Source: a candidate division FCPU426 bacterium
GTDB taxonomy: Bacteria > Oederibacteriota > Muellerivitia > Muellerivitales > Muellerivitaceae
Assembly (NCBI GenBank): GCA_963719085.1
Contig: CAVRAL010000001.1
Coordinates: 1,216,001 to 1,280,000 of the forward strand
Length of the DNA stretch: 64,000 nucleotides
Direction: 5' to 3'
A program made the translations under genes and the position numbers. The stretch's first letter is position 1, and every line of letters begins with the position of its first letter. Below, piece after piece: positions 21,361-32,873 of this stretch. Under the pieces are notes generated by a model. That model was not told the DNA's origin and did no database searches. It saw nothing but the letters and a program-made list of their open reading frames with translations.

Positions 21361-21519
21361 TTTCACAATGATGAGCGCGGATAAACGGCGATAAATCCAA
21401 CTTTTGATTCATCTTTCCAATCAGCGTTCGCGCCGCTCTTCCATATCGTAGTCAGGGGAGAGCGGCATTGTCCCATGCGTCTTTAACTTGCATATGGAAT
21501 CCCGGGACATCATCGCTAA
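21361..21519. repeat. 10-bp-unit REP-like element carrying a 79-bp insert (21430-21508), copy B
   Basis: Left TTTCACAATGAT-GAGCGCGGAT-AAACGGCGAT; right ATCTTTCCA-ATCAGCGTTC-[insert]-ATCATCGCTAA. Confidence 0.8.
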
Positions 21520-21577
21520 TTGCTTTTGTCGTTTGAACCCTACACAAAAATCCGTCTATGTGAATAAATTTGGTTTT

Positions 21578-22336
21578 TTACGAAGCGGGCTGAATCACCA
21601 AACGGTCCGACATGGTCTTGCCCCCGGCCTTGAGGACCACCGAATAGATTCCGGGGGGAACCGGACGGCCCGATTCGTCCATTCCATCCCAATCAATCTC
21701 ATGAATCCCCTTCTGCCACTCCCCCTCATAAAGACGGCGGATCGGAGTTCCGTCCGCGCCCGCCACCGAGAGCGTCACGGATTGTTTTTGCTCGGATTCA
21801 ATCGAGAGATAAATCCGGTCACCTTCCTGAAAAACCAATTCTTTACCCGCCGCCGAAAGACTAGGAGAGACGCCGATGGCGTCCTCCCGGACCGCGGGCG
21901 TCAAGAGGGCCCGCACCATGACTTGCCGAATCGGGGCGCTCAAGGGCTTTGGTTCCGGACGGAAATTCTCGCGCGAAACCTTCACGCGAGCCGGCTTGTG
22001 TCGCAAGGTTTGTTTCGCCCAATCCCCCAAAAGAAAAAGAAACCCTAAAGCCGCCAATCCCATCAATCCCAAACCAATCCAAGGCCGAAATTTGAATAGT
22101 ATGGATTTCCAGGAAACCCCGGATCGTGCGGCGCCCGGCTTAGGCTCGGGTGCGGTTAAACCCTTTTGCGCGGGCGGCTCGTCCCGTATATGGCGGAAAG
22201 CTTTTTGGACCGCCTCAGTCACTTCATTTGAAAAAGAGGGATCTTTACGGGTCAGGCGCTCGAATTCCCGGCGGGCTTCGGGACTGAGACTGCCTTCAAG
22301 GTAGAGTTGAATCAAAGTTTCTCGGGGCCAAGGCAT
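21578..22336 (-). CDS. Anti-sigma-like membrane protein with C-terminal FlgD-Ig domain (orphan)
   Basis: LIQLYLEGSLSPEARREFE anti-sigma-type helix, one TM, then IRRLYEG...WDGMDESGRPVPPGIY; same layout as 59714-60370. Confidence 0.7.
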   Translation of the reverse strand: MPWPRETLIQLYLEGSLSPEARREFERLTRKDPSFSNEVTEAVQKAFRHIRDEPPAQKGLTAPEPKPGAARSGVSWKSILFKFRPWIGLGLMGLAALGFLFLLGDWAKQTLRHKPARVKVSRENFRPEPKPLSAPIRQVMVRALLTPAVREDAIGVSPSLSAAGKELVFQEGDRIYLSIESEQKQSVTLSVAGADGTPIRRLYEGEWQKGIHEIDWDGMDESGRPVPPGIYSVVLKAGGKTMSDRLVIQPAS

Positions 22337-22376
22337 GGAATTATTATAGTGGGATTTTCCGCCGCCCCAAACTCCG

Positions 22377-22399
22377 AAAACGCCCAGGGGCGTTTTTTT
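22377..22399. terminator. Hairpin terminator at the flgE-like stop
   Basis: AAAACGCCC-AGG-GGGCGTTTT. Confidence 0.55.
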
Positions 22400-24266
22400 A
22401 AGCGGCTGAAATTTGTCCCAAGGCGGCCAAAGTTTGAAGCGTGCTATTAATCGTGCTCACCATGCGGGCATTGGCCTCAAAACTGCGCTGGGCCAGGATC
22501 ATGTTGGATAATTCCACGGTCAAGTCCACATTGGAGTTTTCCAAAGCGCCACCCAGGATGGTCCCCAGCCCTTCTTTGCCGGCCACCGTCTCTTCCATCG
22601 TGCCCGAACTCGACGAAGGGGTGAAATAACCGTTGCCCACTTGTTCCAACCCTTCCGGATTATTCACGGTGGCCATGGCTAGTTGGGCCAGCGCCTTAAT
22701 CTGGCCGTTGGTGAAAGTTCCCTGGATGGTCCCGGTTTTGTCCACCGCCAGGCTTTCCAAAGTTCCGTCGGCGTATCCGTTTTGGGAGACCGCGTGCGCG
22801 GTAAATTGCGGGACGTAGGTATTGATTCCATTGACATTTTGATAGCCGCCTTCGGCGTCGCTGATAAGGCCATCCCGTCTTCCCAAACCCAGTATTCCAA
22901 AGGTCCCGAAATTAAGCTTTACCGCCAATACCTCAGCGCCCTGGGTCGGCAAGGGAGAGACCGGGGGAAATTGGTTTAAAACCGGAAGATAAAGCGTGGG
23001 CATGTCCATAAAGTTTCCATTGGGAAGCCCCGGCGGCGACGGCGGCCCCACGATACCCCCGCTGGAAGCCAGCGATCCATCGGTGTTGAACCAAATAAAA
23101 TCCCCGGCCGCTTGCTCTCCCGGAACCCCCTTGTCATATCCGGTGACCCCGCCCATGACGCCCTCCCAAATGCCGGTTCCACCGATTAAATTCGCGGTCG
23201 AGACCGGTTTGCCTCCGGTCGTATCAAAAGCGTACCAGGCGTAACAAGCCTGGCTGGGCCCCTGCGGGGCGTTTTGAGTCAGGCTGTTGACTTGATAAAA
23301 CTGAACCGTGATCTGGTAAGGATTCCCCAAAGAGTCATAAACCGTTTCCTCGGTCTGGGTGGCCGGGGGAACCGGCGGCTGTTGTTCCCAAGCGTAGTTC
23401 CCCGCGTTGGCCTGGACGTCGGCCAAATCAATGATCCCGTTATCCAAGGGAACCGGAGTGTTCGTGCCGGGAGCGGGCAGGGATAGGTTCGCCACTTGGG
23501 ACAGCGCGAAACCCCCGCCCGCCACCGGCTGGGTGGTCATCCGCGTGGTATCGATTCCATTGGGCGGGGGAATCTGGGCCAGCATCAAACCCACCGGCAA
23601 GGTAAATCCAGCCGGCGGGTCCAAATTAAAAACATTGGCTTGCTGGAACGAATCCAGGTTGCCTTGGAAATTTACCTGGGTCGTGGCCTTCGGGGGGATT
23701 GTCATCGAGGGATTGATGTTGATGTTGGTGATATCGGCCGGATTGGTATCATTCAAGGTCAAATCGGCGTTGGTGATGACCGCCGGTTGTCCCGGCACGT
23801 TGGAAAAACTGTTGATGACCGTTTTACTGTATTGAAGCGTCGCGTTGAATCCCTGGATTAATCCTCCGTTGTTGTCCACCAGGTTCCCTTCACTGTCGAG
23901 CGAAAGGTCCCCGTCCCGGGTCAAAAAGGTTTGGTCTCCCTGCTTGGCCACCAGAAATCCGTTTCCCTGGATGGCCACATCCAAATCCCGGCCGGTGGTT
24001 AGGATATTGCCTTGGCTGAACAAACTATCGATCTGGGCCAATCCGGAACCCAATCCGATTTGCTGGGGATTAGTCCCTCCCAATCCATCGGAAGGATTGT
24101 CGGCCGCGCCGGAAGAGATCGCTTGACCGAAGGAATTCAAAAACTCCGCGCGGCTGGTTTTATAGCCAATCGTGCTGACATTGGAAATATTATTTCCAAT
24201 CACGTCCAGCCAAGTGCTGTCGTTGCGCAAACCGGAAATCGCGCTATAAAGACCCTCAAGACCCAT
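22398..24266 (-). CDS. flgE: Flagellar hook FlgE-like protein with long Pro/Gly-rich inserts
   Basis: SGL...LDVIGNNISNV.T.GYK, DVAIQGNGF, TRDG, VYDSLG, LENSNVDLTVELSNMILAQRSFEANAR. Confidence 0.85.
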   Translation of the reverse strand: MGLEGLYSAISGLRNDSTWLDVIGNNISNVSTIGYKTSRAEFLNSFGQAISSGAADNPSDGLGGTNPQQIGLGSGLAQIDSLFSQGNILTTGRDLDVAIQGNGFLVAKQGDQTFLTRDGDLSLDSEGNLVDNNGGLIQGFNATLQYSKTVINSFSNVPGQPAVITNADLTLNDTNPADITNININPSMTIPPKATTQVNFQGNLDSFQQANVFNLDPPAGFTLPVGLMLAQIPPPNGIDTTRMTTQPVAGGGFALSQVANLSLPAPGTNTPVPLDNGIIDLADVQANAGNYAWEQQPPVPPATQTEETVYDSLGNPYQITVQFYQVNSLTQNAPQGPSQACYAWYAFDTTGGKPVSTANLIGGTGIWEGVMGGVTGYDKGVPGEQAAGDFIWFNTDGSLASSGGIVGPPSPPGLPNGNFMDMPTLYLPVLNQFPPVSPLPTQGAEVLAVKLNFGTFGILGLGRRDGLISDAEGGYQNVNGINTYVPQFTAHAVSQNGYADGTLESLAVDKTGTIQGTFTNGQIKALAQLAMATVNNPEGLEQVGNGYFTPSSSSGTMEETVAGKEGLGTILGGALENSNVDLTVELSNMILAQRSFEANARMVSTINSTLQTLAALGQISAA

Positions 24267-24573
24267 GCTTCTTTTCCTAAGGCCAAAGTAATGGATAAAG
24301 TCCTAACTCCTAACGGCTTTCCGGGAGAAAACCATAGGCGTTTCGCCACAATTTATGGGCTTTTGTATCTTTTAGGTAAAATGGGGATAAATTGAAAAAG
24401 GCCCTAAACAAAGGGCTTTGGTTAATTTGAAAGGTGACTTATTTGTGGAAAGAGCGCCCGAAGGATTCCCGCGGGATTTTCCAGGATTAAAGCGGGAGTG
24501 GCGCTAAATAAAAAGCCCCGAAACCGGAAGATTTCGAGGCGGATTTAAGCTTGGCACAAATCAAAACCAGGAT

Positions 24574-25059
24574 TTAAACCGAACTCGCCTTTACTTTATT
24601 TCGGTATTCGGGGCCGACTTGAACCACCCCTTTGCAATTGGCCGCCCCGCACATGCATTTAAACTCATAGCTCCAGTTCCCCACGTCATCGGTTTCTTTA
24701 TAGTTCCAACTCACTTCCTCTTCTTGGGGAATGTCCCGGATCGCCTTGAGCACAATGCCGTTTACGACCTTCGCGCTCGGATCGCAGGAATGATTGATGA
24801 AGCAAAGCGGGTCGCAGCCATTTTCATAGTCATGCAGCATGATAAAACCCGGATAAATATACATGGCGTGATCCACATTTAACTTATCGGCGGGAACCGT
24901 GCGGATCAACTCGTCCAGCTTCGCCTCCGGGATCACGATTCCGCCGAACACACCGATGACATCCCCGGCTTTGATCGGCTTCACGGCGTATACGCCTTTG
25001 CCTTCCATCCCGCTTTTTCTGACTTCCACGCTATCGCTGACCCAGGGTTGTATCTTCAT
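24574..25059 (-). CDS. SET-domain methyltransferase with post-SET motif
   Basis: G.GVYA...I..G, FINHSCDP, A.RDI...EEVSWNY, CMCGAANCKG. Confidence 0.9.
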   Translation of the reverse strand: MKIQPWVSDSVEVRKSGMEGKGVYAVKPIKAGDVIGVFGGIVIPEAKLDELIRTVPADKLNVDHAMYIYPGFIMLHDYENGCDPLCFINHSCDPSAKVVNGIVLKAIRDIPQEEEVSWNYKETDDVGNWSYEFKCMCGAANCKGVVQVGPEYRNKVKASSV

Positions 25060-25301
25060 GGCTTTAAGTGAACCGTCCTTCGAAATGAGTGACCAGAGGG
25101 CCGGCCTTCAGGGCTCTTCCCTTAACTGGAATGGGAAAGATTCTATCCAAAAGCTTTTCGGAATAAAGCGATTCTTGAGGATTTTTAGGGCCCTTTTAAA
25201 GGCGATTTAGGCTTTCGGGCCGTAAGCGGAATAAAGAGTTTCCACCTAGCCCCTCCTTTGCTAGTCTTCCTCGTCGCCCTTATTTCGATCAAGGACCCCT
25301 C

Positions 25302-25913
25302 ATGCACCTCCCCGGACTTTTTCAATCCATCGATTGGAACCTTTTCGTTTCCACTTTTTTCATCATCGGCCTGGCGGAGCTGCCGGACAAAACCGCCCTG
25401 GCCACGGTCTTGATGGCCAGCCGCCATCATCCCGCCGCCGTGTTCCTGGGTGTGGCCGGCGCTTTTCTGGTGCAAACCCTGGTGGCGGTGCTTTTTGGGA
25501 ATGTTTTGAATTTGCTTCCCCACTGGATCGTCCAATTGCTGGCGGCATTGATGTTCCTGGGATTCGCGGCGGTCAGTTGGATTCAATCCACCAAGCCCGA
25601 GGAAAAATTGAGGGGCGCTTCCGCCACGAAGGCCCAGTCCTTTTACAAAACAATCGCCTCGGCTTTTTTGGTGATCTTCATCGCGGAATGGGGCGACCTC
25701 ACCCAATTGGCCACCTGCGCGCTGGTCGCCAAAACCCACCAGACCCTCACCATTTTCCTGGCGGCGGTCTCCGGGCTTTGGGCCGCGACAGCGTTGACCG
25801 TGTGGCTCGGCCTGCGGGCGAAAAACTTTATTAAGCCCAAGCCTTTGCAGCGCGCCGCCGCCGCGGTCTTCGCCCTCGTCGGGCTTTATATGTTATGGCG
25901 CTTAAAAACCTAA
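25302..25913 (+). CDS. TMEM165/GDT1 (UPF0016) cation transporter
   Basis: Two signature repeats AELPDKT and AEWGDLTQ. Confidence 0.9.
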   Translation: MHLPGLFQSIDWNLFVSTFFIIGLAELPDKTALATVLMASRHHPAAVFLGVAGAFLVQTLVAVLFGNVLNLLPHWIVQLLAALMFLGFAAVSWIQSTKPEEKLRGASATKAQSFYKTIASAFLVIFIAEWGDLTQLATCALVAKTHQTLTIFLAAVSGLWAATALTVWLGLRAKNFIKPKPLQRAAAAVFALVGLYMLWRLKT

Positions 25914-25929
25914 GGCCCGGCCTTGTAAA

Positions 25930-26394
25930 TTAGAGGTGACAGGAGCCCAATCCCCGCTTGGCCAAGTATTGCTGATGATAATCCTCCGCCTTCCAAAAGG
26001 TCTCGGCGGGCACCACCTGAGTGACAATCGGATTGCGGAAATTTTTCTGGGCTTTTTCTTTGGAAGCCTTGGCGATTTTTTCCTGTTCGGCCGAGTGAAA
26101 AAAAACCGCCGAACGGTATTGGGAACCCACGTCCGGCCCCTGCCGGTTGAGCGTGGTGGGATTATGCGATTTCCAAAAAAGATCCAGCAACTGATCATAA
26201 GAAACCAGTTGGGGATCATAGGTCACTTCCACTACTTCGGCGTGACCCGTCTCGTCGGTGCAAACATCCTTATAAGTGGGGCGATCTTTAACTCCACCCT
26301 CGTAACCCACCGCCGTGGAAGCGACGCCTTTTAATTGACGGAAAGCTTCTTCCACGCCCCAAAAACATCCCGCTCCAAAAGTCGCTTTTTCCAT
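25930..26394 (-). CDS. msrA: Peptide methionine sulfoxide reductase A
   Basis: [28 protein letters not shown]. Confidence 0.98.
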   Translation of the reverse strand: MEKATFGAGCFWGVEEAFRQLKGVASTAVGYEGGVKDRPTYKDVCTDETGHAEVVEVTYDPQLVSYDQLLDLFWKSHNPTTLNRQGPDVGSQYRSAVFFHSAEQEKIAKASKEKAQKNFRNPIVTQVVPAETFWKAEDYHQQYLAKRGLGSCHL

Positions 26395-26562
26395 GGCATC
26401 CTCCCTAAAATTTCATCCGCCCTCACATTACCGCTTCCTATTTAAAAAGGTTACCCCCTCACCGGCCGGAATTTCACGAAAGAGGGGAAGACGAAAAATA
26501 AAAGGAGCGGTATAATCCTAAAGATTTAATCGGTTAAACCCATTCAAAGCCGGAACCAAACC

Positions 26563-28185
26563 TTGATGCGTTCATCCCTATCCAAAGCCTTCACCCTCAG
26601 CCTTTGTGTCACGGGTTTATCCATCACCTTCTCATTTCCTTCAAACCTTTTGGCCCAATGCACGCCCACCTCGGCCGTCATCTGCGCCAATGGCGACGAC
26701 TTAATGTCGGTGTGGATCAATAATTATGGACCCATCAATTTTACTTTTTGCTACTACACGAATAATTGCGTTCCCCAATGTTTCAGCCTTCCGGTTTCGA
26801 TTTTAAGCCAAACCAACAACTTCGTCGCGGCCCAGATCACCAATAACGCTCCCACCCAAAGTTACGGCACCTATCTGCTGGATGTTTCCTGTTCCGGCGG
26901 AAACCACGCTTATGTCACCAACGCGGACGGCAACACCACCCTTTTTTACGACCCCACGGGAACCAACCCACCCCCGAACGACGGCGGAGGCCTGGCCTGG
27001 ACCGACCCGGCTTATTCCTACGGCGTCACTTGGGGGCCCGCCGCCGCGGTGACCACTTTCGTACAGGGAAAATTATTAGTCGACCCCCTGACCGGCACTT
27101 ATATCCCCCCGACGGCGCAGAACGCGCAAGCCTACGCGCCGCTGGGCACCGAGGTCGCTTATCTACGGCAATCTTTTCCCATTACGGTGGTTCATCCGCC
27201 CCCGGCGGATCCGATTTTCACCGTTTCCCAAACCATCCTGGGCCTGAGTTCGGGCGTCAGCACCCAACCCATCACTTACGTGGATACGATCTGCGATACC
27301 GGCGGCTTCACCGCCGACGCGGTGACCCTCACCGATATTTTGGACTCCGACTTAAGTTACGCCGGGCCCTATGGACCCTTCAACGGAATTAATTTCACCG
27401 GATCCGGACCCAACGCTCAATTCGATTTTCCGGCCACCCTTTGGTCCAACGGCGAATGCCAGTCGGTGACCTTTTACGGCGTTAATTATAGTTTTAACTC
27501 GGCGCAAAATTGCCATGTGGCCGGCAATGCCGGGTCCGTCACTTACACCGTGAACGCCGGTGTCACGGCCGGCGCCTTTACGGGTGTTCCCGCCACCTTT
27601 TATTGTCCTGGAACCCCGACCTCCACTTTCACCCCGGCCCCCACGTCAACCGCGACGTCCACCCGCACCCCCACTCCCACCCAAACGCCTCAGTTCACGC
27701 CGACCTGGACCTTGTCCCCCACCATTACCCTGACGCCGACCATTACTCTTTCCGCGACCTTCACCCAAACACCCACCCAAACCCGGACGCCGACCCAAAC
27801 CTTTACCTTTACGCCCACCCCTACCATCACCGCGACCCCCACGATCACGAACACCCCGACCATTACCCTGACCCCGACCATCACGGACACCCCGGGTCCC
27901 ATTACTTTTTATATTTCAAAAAACGTGATCACTTCCAGCTCGGATCCGGTTTCAATTTATGTCAGCTACCAAGTGCCGGGCGTTTACGGCCTGAAAATTT
28001 ACAACTCAGCCGGCGAGTTCATTGACGACCTGACAAACTCAGGCACCAACCCCACCGGGCTCTCCCATACTTTTTCCTGGGACGGGTCCAATTACCTCAA
28101 GCAAAAATGCGCCAGCGGCATTTACATCATTTATTACTTGCAACCGCAAAAGGTGAGCGAAGCGAAGATCCTTTTATTACGGTGA
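26563..28185 (+). CDS. Secreted Cys-rich protein with DUF11-like Ig segment, T/P linker and FlgD-Ig/T9SS-like C-terminal domain
   Basis: Signal peptide; ITY...I...G...A..VTLTD.L; T/P tract; KIYNSAGE...WDG...ASGIY...KILLLR. Confidence 0.75.
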   Translation: MMRSSLSKAFTLSLCVTGLSITFSFPSNLLAQCTPTSAVICANGDDLMSVWINNYGPINFTFCYYTNNCVPQCFSLPVSILSQTNNFVAAQITNNAPTQSYGTYLLDVSCSGGNHAYVTNADGNTTLFYDPTGTNPPPNDGGGLAWTDPAYSYGVTWGPAAAVTTFVQGKLLVDPLTGTYIPPTAQNAQAYAPLGTEVAYLRQSFPITVVHPPPADPIFTVSQTILGLSSGVSTQPITYVDTICDTGGFTADAVTLTDILDSDLSYAGPYGPFNGINFTGSGPNAQFDFPATLWSNGECQSVTFYGVNYSFNSAQNCHVAGNAGSVTYTVNAGVTAGAFTGVPATFYCPGTPTSTFTPAPTSTATSTRTPTPTQTPQFTPTWTLSPTITLTPTITLSATFTQTPTQTRTPTQTFTFTPTPTITATPTITNTPTITLTPTITDTPGPITFYISKNVITSSSDPVSIYVSYQVPGVYGLKIYNSAGEFIDDLTNSGTNPTGLSHTFSWDGSNYLKQKCASGIYIIYYLQPQKVSEAKILLLR

Positions 28186-28360
28186 CCCGAACTGGACAGT
28201 TTGGGCGCTTGTCCGAGACGGCAAAGAAGTCAGACTTATTACAAAAAAGTTCAAAAATTGAACAAACGCCGACCTCAGGCCAATTGAAGCGGTTAACTTG
28301 TTTTATTCCAAAATTAAGCTCAGGCCATCATATTAACGATAAATAGATATCGCCCTTTAA

Positions 28361-28375
28361 AGGCACGGAAATTGC
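28361..28375 (+). promoter_or_regulatory. Probable sigma54 promoter of the expansin-like gene
   Basis: AGGCAC-GGAAA-TTGC, one mismatch to consensus. Confidence 0.55.
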
Positions 28376-28519
28376 CCTAAAATACCTATAAACCTACTCG
28401 AACACCCACTTAAAGCCCGTAATAAAGTACGGAAAATTAATCACTTTTATGGTCTTTGGGCCGTTTGCTTGATAACGTTTCAAGTTGTTTCATCACTCAG
28501 GAGCCCTCGATTGAATTCG

Positions 28520-31500
28520 ATGGAAAAAACTAACCGAATTCGCGCCCGCTTCCAGTCCACCTTATCTTTGGTGGCCCTCGCGTTTCTATTGCTTCCTTCT
28601 AAGACGCTTGCCGCCGCCATCAACTACACCGGAACTTCTTACTGTCCGACCTACACAACCTTTACCGTAAGTGAACAAGAAACCGCCTATGACTTGAATA
28701 CTTCCAGCCCGACTACTTTGGGCGCATGCGGCGTTAATGAGAAAATGTTTGACTCGACCCATTATGCCGCCATTGAACCGGGCGATTGGGAAAACGGAGC
28801 GGCTTGCGGCGCATGCGCGGTTTTAAATTACAACACCCACGCGACCACCGTCATGATCGTGGATGAATGCGCGACTTGCGGAAACGGCTCCCATCATCTT
28901 GACCTTTCCTACACCGCCTACGGGGAGTTGGTCGGCTCCCCTGGTTGCGCCACCCCGACCGGTAGCGGCGGCGGCGTGAATACCGGCGGTTGTCCCGCCG
29001 CGCCAGGCGCCAACAGCACCACTTGGCATTTCATTCAATGCCCCCTTACCGGGGAAGCCGCCATCACCAACAGCAACGCCAGCGGTGATATCAGCTATAT
29101 CTTTAAGGACGGCTCATCGGCTGGTTGGCATCCCATTGAGTTCTGGGACACCCTTTTCCCTATTGCCTCAGTGGCGGTCGGAACCTCCTCAACCTCCTTC
29201 ACTAACGTTGCCCGCGACACCGGCGACACCCTTCCCGAATATTGGGGAGGCACCGGCGACCCCAGCAATGGCGACGGCACCCTTTACTACAAGATCACGG
29301 ACGACCGCGGCAATTCGGTGACTCTCGGCCCCATTACGGCCGCTTCCCCCGTCCGAAATTCAAACAACTCGTTCGTCCAGTTCGGATCCACCAGCATCCA
29401 ACTTCCCGCCTGCGTCACGGGCCCCACGAATACCTTCACGGTCACGCCGATTCCGGGAACTCCCACGAACACCCCAACCATCACCCGGACCTTCACCCCC
29501 ACCGCGACCATCACTCCCATCTCGGGTTGCGAAACATTCCTCTACAACGGAACGGCGCCCACCGCCAAAGCCAACGTCTCCACCAACCAGAATAACCTAA
29601 CCATCACCGAAACCACCGGCGCCGCCTATACCGCCGGAGGGGACACCGATGGCCTGAACCTGGCCGTCAACGTCGCCGCCAATACCTACTACGCCCTCAT
29701 GCAGCTCAACTGGTCGAATTACGCCAACGCCAAAACCATCAACTTATCGAATTACTCCGTGGTGCAATTTGACATCGACAACACCACCGCCGCGGCGTCG
29801 CCCATGACTTATACAGTCTCCCTCTCGGATTACACGGGAGCCGGAACCGGAGCTCCCGGCACCACCCAGTCCAATCCGGTCACGGTCGTGGTCACGGGAA
29901 CCGGATGGCAAACCATCAGCCTGCCCACATCCTCCTTTATGACGGGCGGGGCCAGCTATACCACCGCCAATGTCGGCGAGATTGATTTGGAACTGCTTAC
30001 CTCCGCCGCCGCCGAGACCGCCACGGTTTATTTTGACAGTCTGGGTTTTTACGGCGCCTGCGCCACCCCGACCCCCACGCCCACCGTCACTCGAACGAGG
30101 ACTCCCACTCCCACGCCGACCCAGACCAGCACGGTGACCGCTACCTTCACGCCCACCCAGTCCTTTACCATCACCCCAACCCGCACACCGACGCTCAGCC
30201 CCACGCAAACGTCCACCTTTACGCAAACTTTCACGCTGACGCAAACCGCCACCAAGACCTTTACCGGAACTCCCACGAATACTTTGACCGCCACTTCCAC
30301 CCGCACTCAAACCTCAACCCCCACGATCACGGACACTCCCGTGCCGGGCGCCACCAGCACTTTCACCGCGACCGTGACCTCAACCTTCACCACGACCTCG
30401 ACCCGGACCACTACCCCTACCGCCACCATTACCAACACCCCCGTCCCGGGAGCCACCAGTACCTTTACCGGAACCGCCACGACGACCTTCACCCAAACCT
30501 TGACCAAAACCCCGACCGCCACTCGTACCGCCACCTCCACGTCCACTCCAACGAACACCTCCACGCCTTTGTTCACCTTCACCGCCACCCAGACACCCCT
30601 GTTCAGCTATACGCCGACCTTCACCCCGACCATTACCCCGACCCCCACCATCACCGACACTTTCACGTCAACCTTTACAGCCACACCCTCCGGAACCCCC
30701 ACCAATACCGCGACGGTCACCGCCACTCAAACTTCGACCCATACGCCGACCATCACCTTGACGCCCACTCAAACCTTTACTCCGACCGCCACCGGCACGG
30801 GGACCTCTACCTGGACGCCAACTTTCAGCCCCACGTCGACTCAAACCCCGACTTTCACCAAAACCCCGACCAACAGCTTTACACCCACCTTCACCCTGAC
30901 CCCCACCAACACCTATACCCCAACCTTTACCCCCACGATGACCTTCACGCCGGTTCCGGCCTCGGTTAATGTTTCTACCGGCCCTTCGAATCCGCCGAAT
31001 AGCGGTTCCATCCCGGGCGCCGCCAATGTTTCGGTGATGCAATTGCAAGCCACCAATACCAACGCCGAGGCCGCGACCCTGACCGGTGTGACCTTGACGG
31101 CGTCGGGAACCGGAAATTCCAACAACGGCGTCCAGGTTTACATCTATTTGGATAATTCCGGCGATGGTACGGTGGGATCCGGCACGACCCTTTTGGCTAC
31201 GGGAACCTACGCGGGAAACACCCTGACCCTGACCTTCAACCAACCGCTTCCCGCTTCTTCCACGGTCAAATTGCTGATCGCCTACACCTTCTCGGGAACC
31301 GCCACGGCCGGCACCTATCAAGCCGCCGTCAACCTGAACTCGAATATCACCGGTACCACCGCCGGATCCAACGTCGCCATCCAGGTCACGGGCGCCCCGG
31401 TTTTAAGCTCGGTCGTCACGATCGCCGAGCCAACGGCCACCTCCACCGCTACGGCGACCCCGACAGCCACTTGGACGCCGACAATTACCTTTACGCCTGT

Positions 31501-31786
31501 GCCTTCCACCTTCTTCATCTCGGAAAACGTGATCACGCCGACCTCTGGTCCGGTTTCGATTTATGTCAGCTTCCCGGAAGCCGGTAAGTACGAGATGAAG
31601 ATCTACAACTCAAACGGGGAATTCATTAAAGATTTGGGTCAGGGCGTCAGTTCGGGCGTCAACAGCTATTCCTTCTCCTGGGCCGGCACCAATTACTTGA
31701 ACCAACCCTGCGCCAGCGGCATTTATATCATTTATTTCCTTCAGCCTTTGGGCGTCAAAGAAGCCAAAATCCTCCTGATCCGCTGA
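28520..31786 (+). CDS. Multimodular expansin-like protein: DPBB + CBM63-like, CBM-like sandwich, long Thr tract, Ig-like domain, C-terminal sorting-like domain
   Basis: [42 protein letters not shown]; tail ASGIY...KILLIR; start at ATG 28520. Confidence 0.85.
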   Translation: MEKTNRIRARFQSTLSLVALAFLLLPSKTLAAAINYTGTSYCPTYTTFTVSEQETAYDLNTSSPTTLGACGVNEKMFDSTHYAAIEPGDWENGAACGACAVLNYNTHATTVMIVDECATCGNGSHHLDLSYTAYGELVGSPGCATPTGSGGGVNTGGCPAAPGANSTTWHFIQCPLTGEAAITNSNASGDISYIFKDGSSAGWHPIEFWDTLFPIASVAVGTSSTSFTNVARDTGDTLPEYWGGTGDPSNGDGTLYYKITDDRGNSVTLGPITAASPVRNSNNSFVQFGSTSIQLPACVTGPTNTFTVTPIPGTPTNTPTITRTFTPTATITPISGCETFLYNGTAPTAKANVSTNQNNLTITETTGAAYTAGGDTDGLNLAVNVAANTYYALMQLNWSNYANAKTINLSNYSVVQFDIDNTTAAASPMTYTVSLSDYTGAGTGAPGTTQSNPVTVVVTGTGWQTISLPTSSFMTGGASYTTANVGEIDLELLTSAAAETATVYFDSLGFYGACATPTPTPTVTRTRTPTPTPTQTSTVTATFTPTQSFTITPTRTPTLSPTQTSTFTQTFTLTQTATKTFTGTPTNTLTATSTRTQTSTPTITDTPVPGATSTFTATVTSTFTTTSTRTTTPTATITNTPVPGATSTFTGTATTTFTQTLTKTPTATRTATSTSTPTNTSTPLFTFTATQTPLFSYTPTFTPTITPTPTITDTFTSTFTATPSGTPTNTATVTATQTSTHTPTITLTPTQTFTPTATGTGTSTWTPTFSPTSTQTPTFTKTPTNSFTPTFTLTPTNTYTPTFTPTMTFTPVPASVNVSTGPSNPPNSGSIPGAANVSVMQLQATNTNAEAATLTGVTLTASGTGNSNNGVQVYIYLDNSGDGTVGSGTTLLATGTYAGNTLTLTFNQPLPASSTVKLLIAYTFSGTATAGTYQAAVNLNSNITGTTAGSNVAIQVTGAPVLSSVVTIAEPTATSTATATPTATWTPTITFTPVPSTFFISENVITPTSGPVSIYVSFPEAGKYEMKIYNSNGEFIKDLGQGVSSGVNSYSFSWAGTNYLNQPCASGIYIIYFLQPLGVKEAKILLIR

Positions 31787-31886
31787 CCCAGCCGTTTTTC
31801 GTTTTCGTCTTTCCCCCGCTTGAAACCAAGGTTCATCCCTGTCATTCTCGTTTAAACCTTTCCATCAATTTGTGAGGAGCCCCGCC

Positions 31887-32873
<987 letters not shown>

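Noticed and set aside
21578..22336. Canonical flgD of a flagellar operon
   Set aside because: Has a TM and anti-sigma-like N-terminus, lacks the FlgD N-terminal motif, lies downstream of flgE with its own promoter
25060..25301. yybP-ykoY Mn riboswitch upstream of the GDT1 gene
   Set aside because: Conserved core sequences not recognisable
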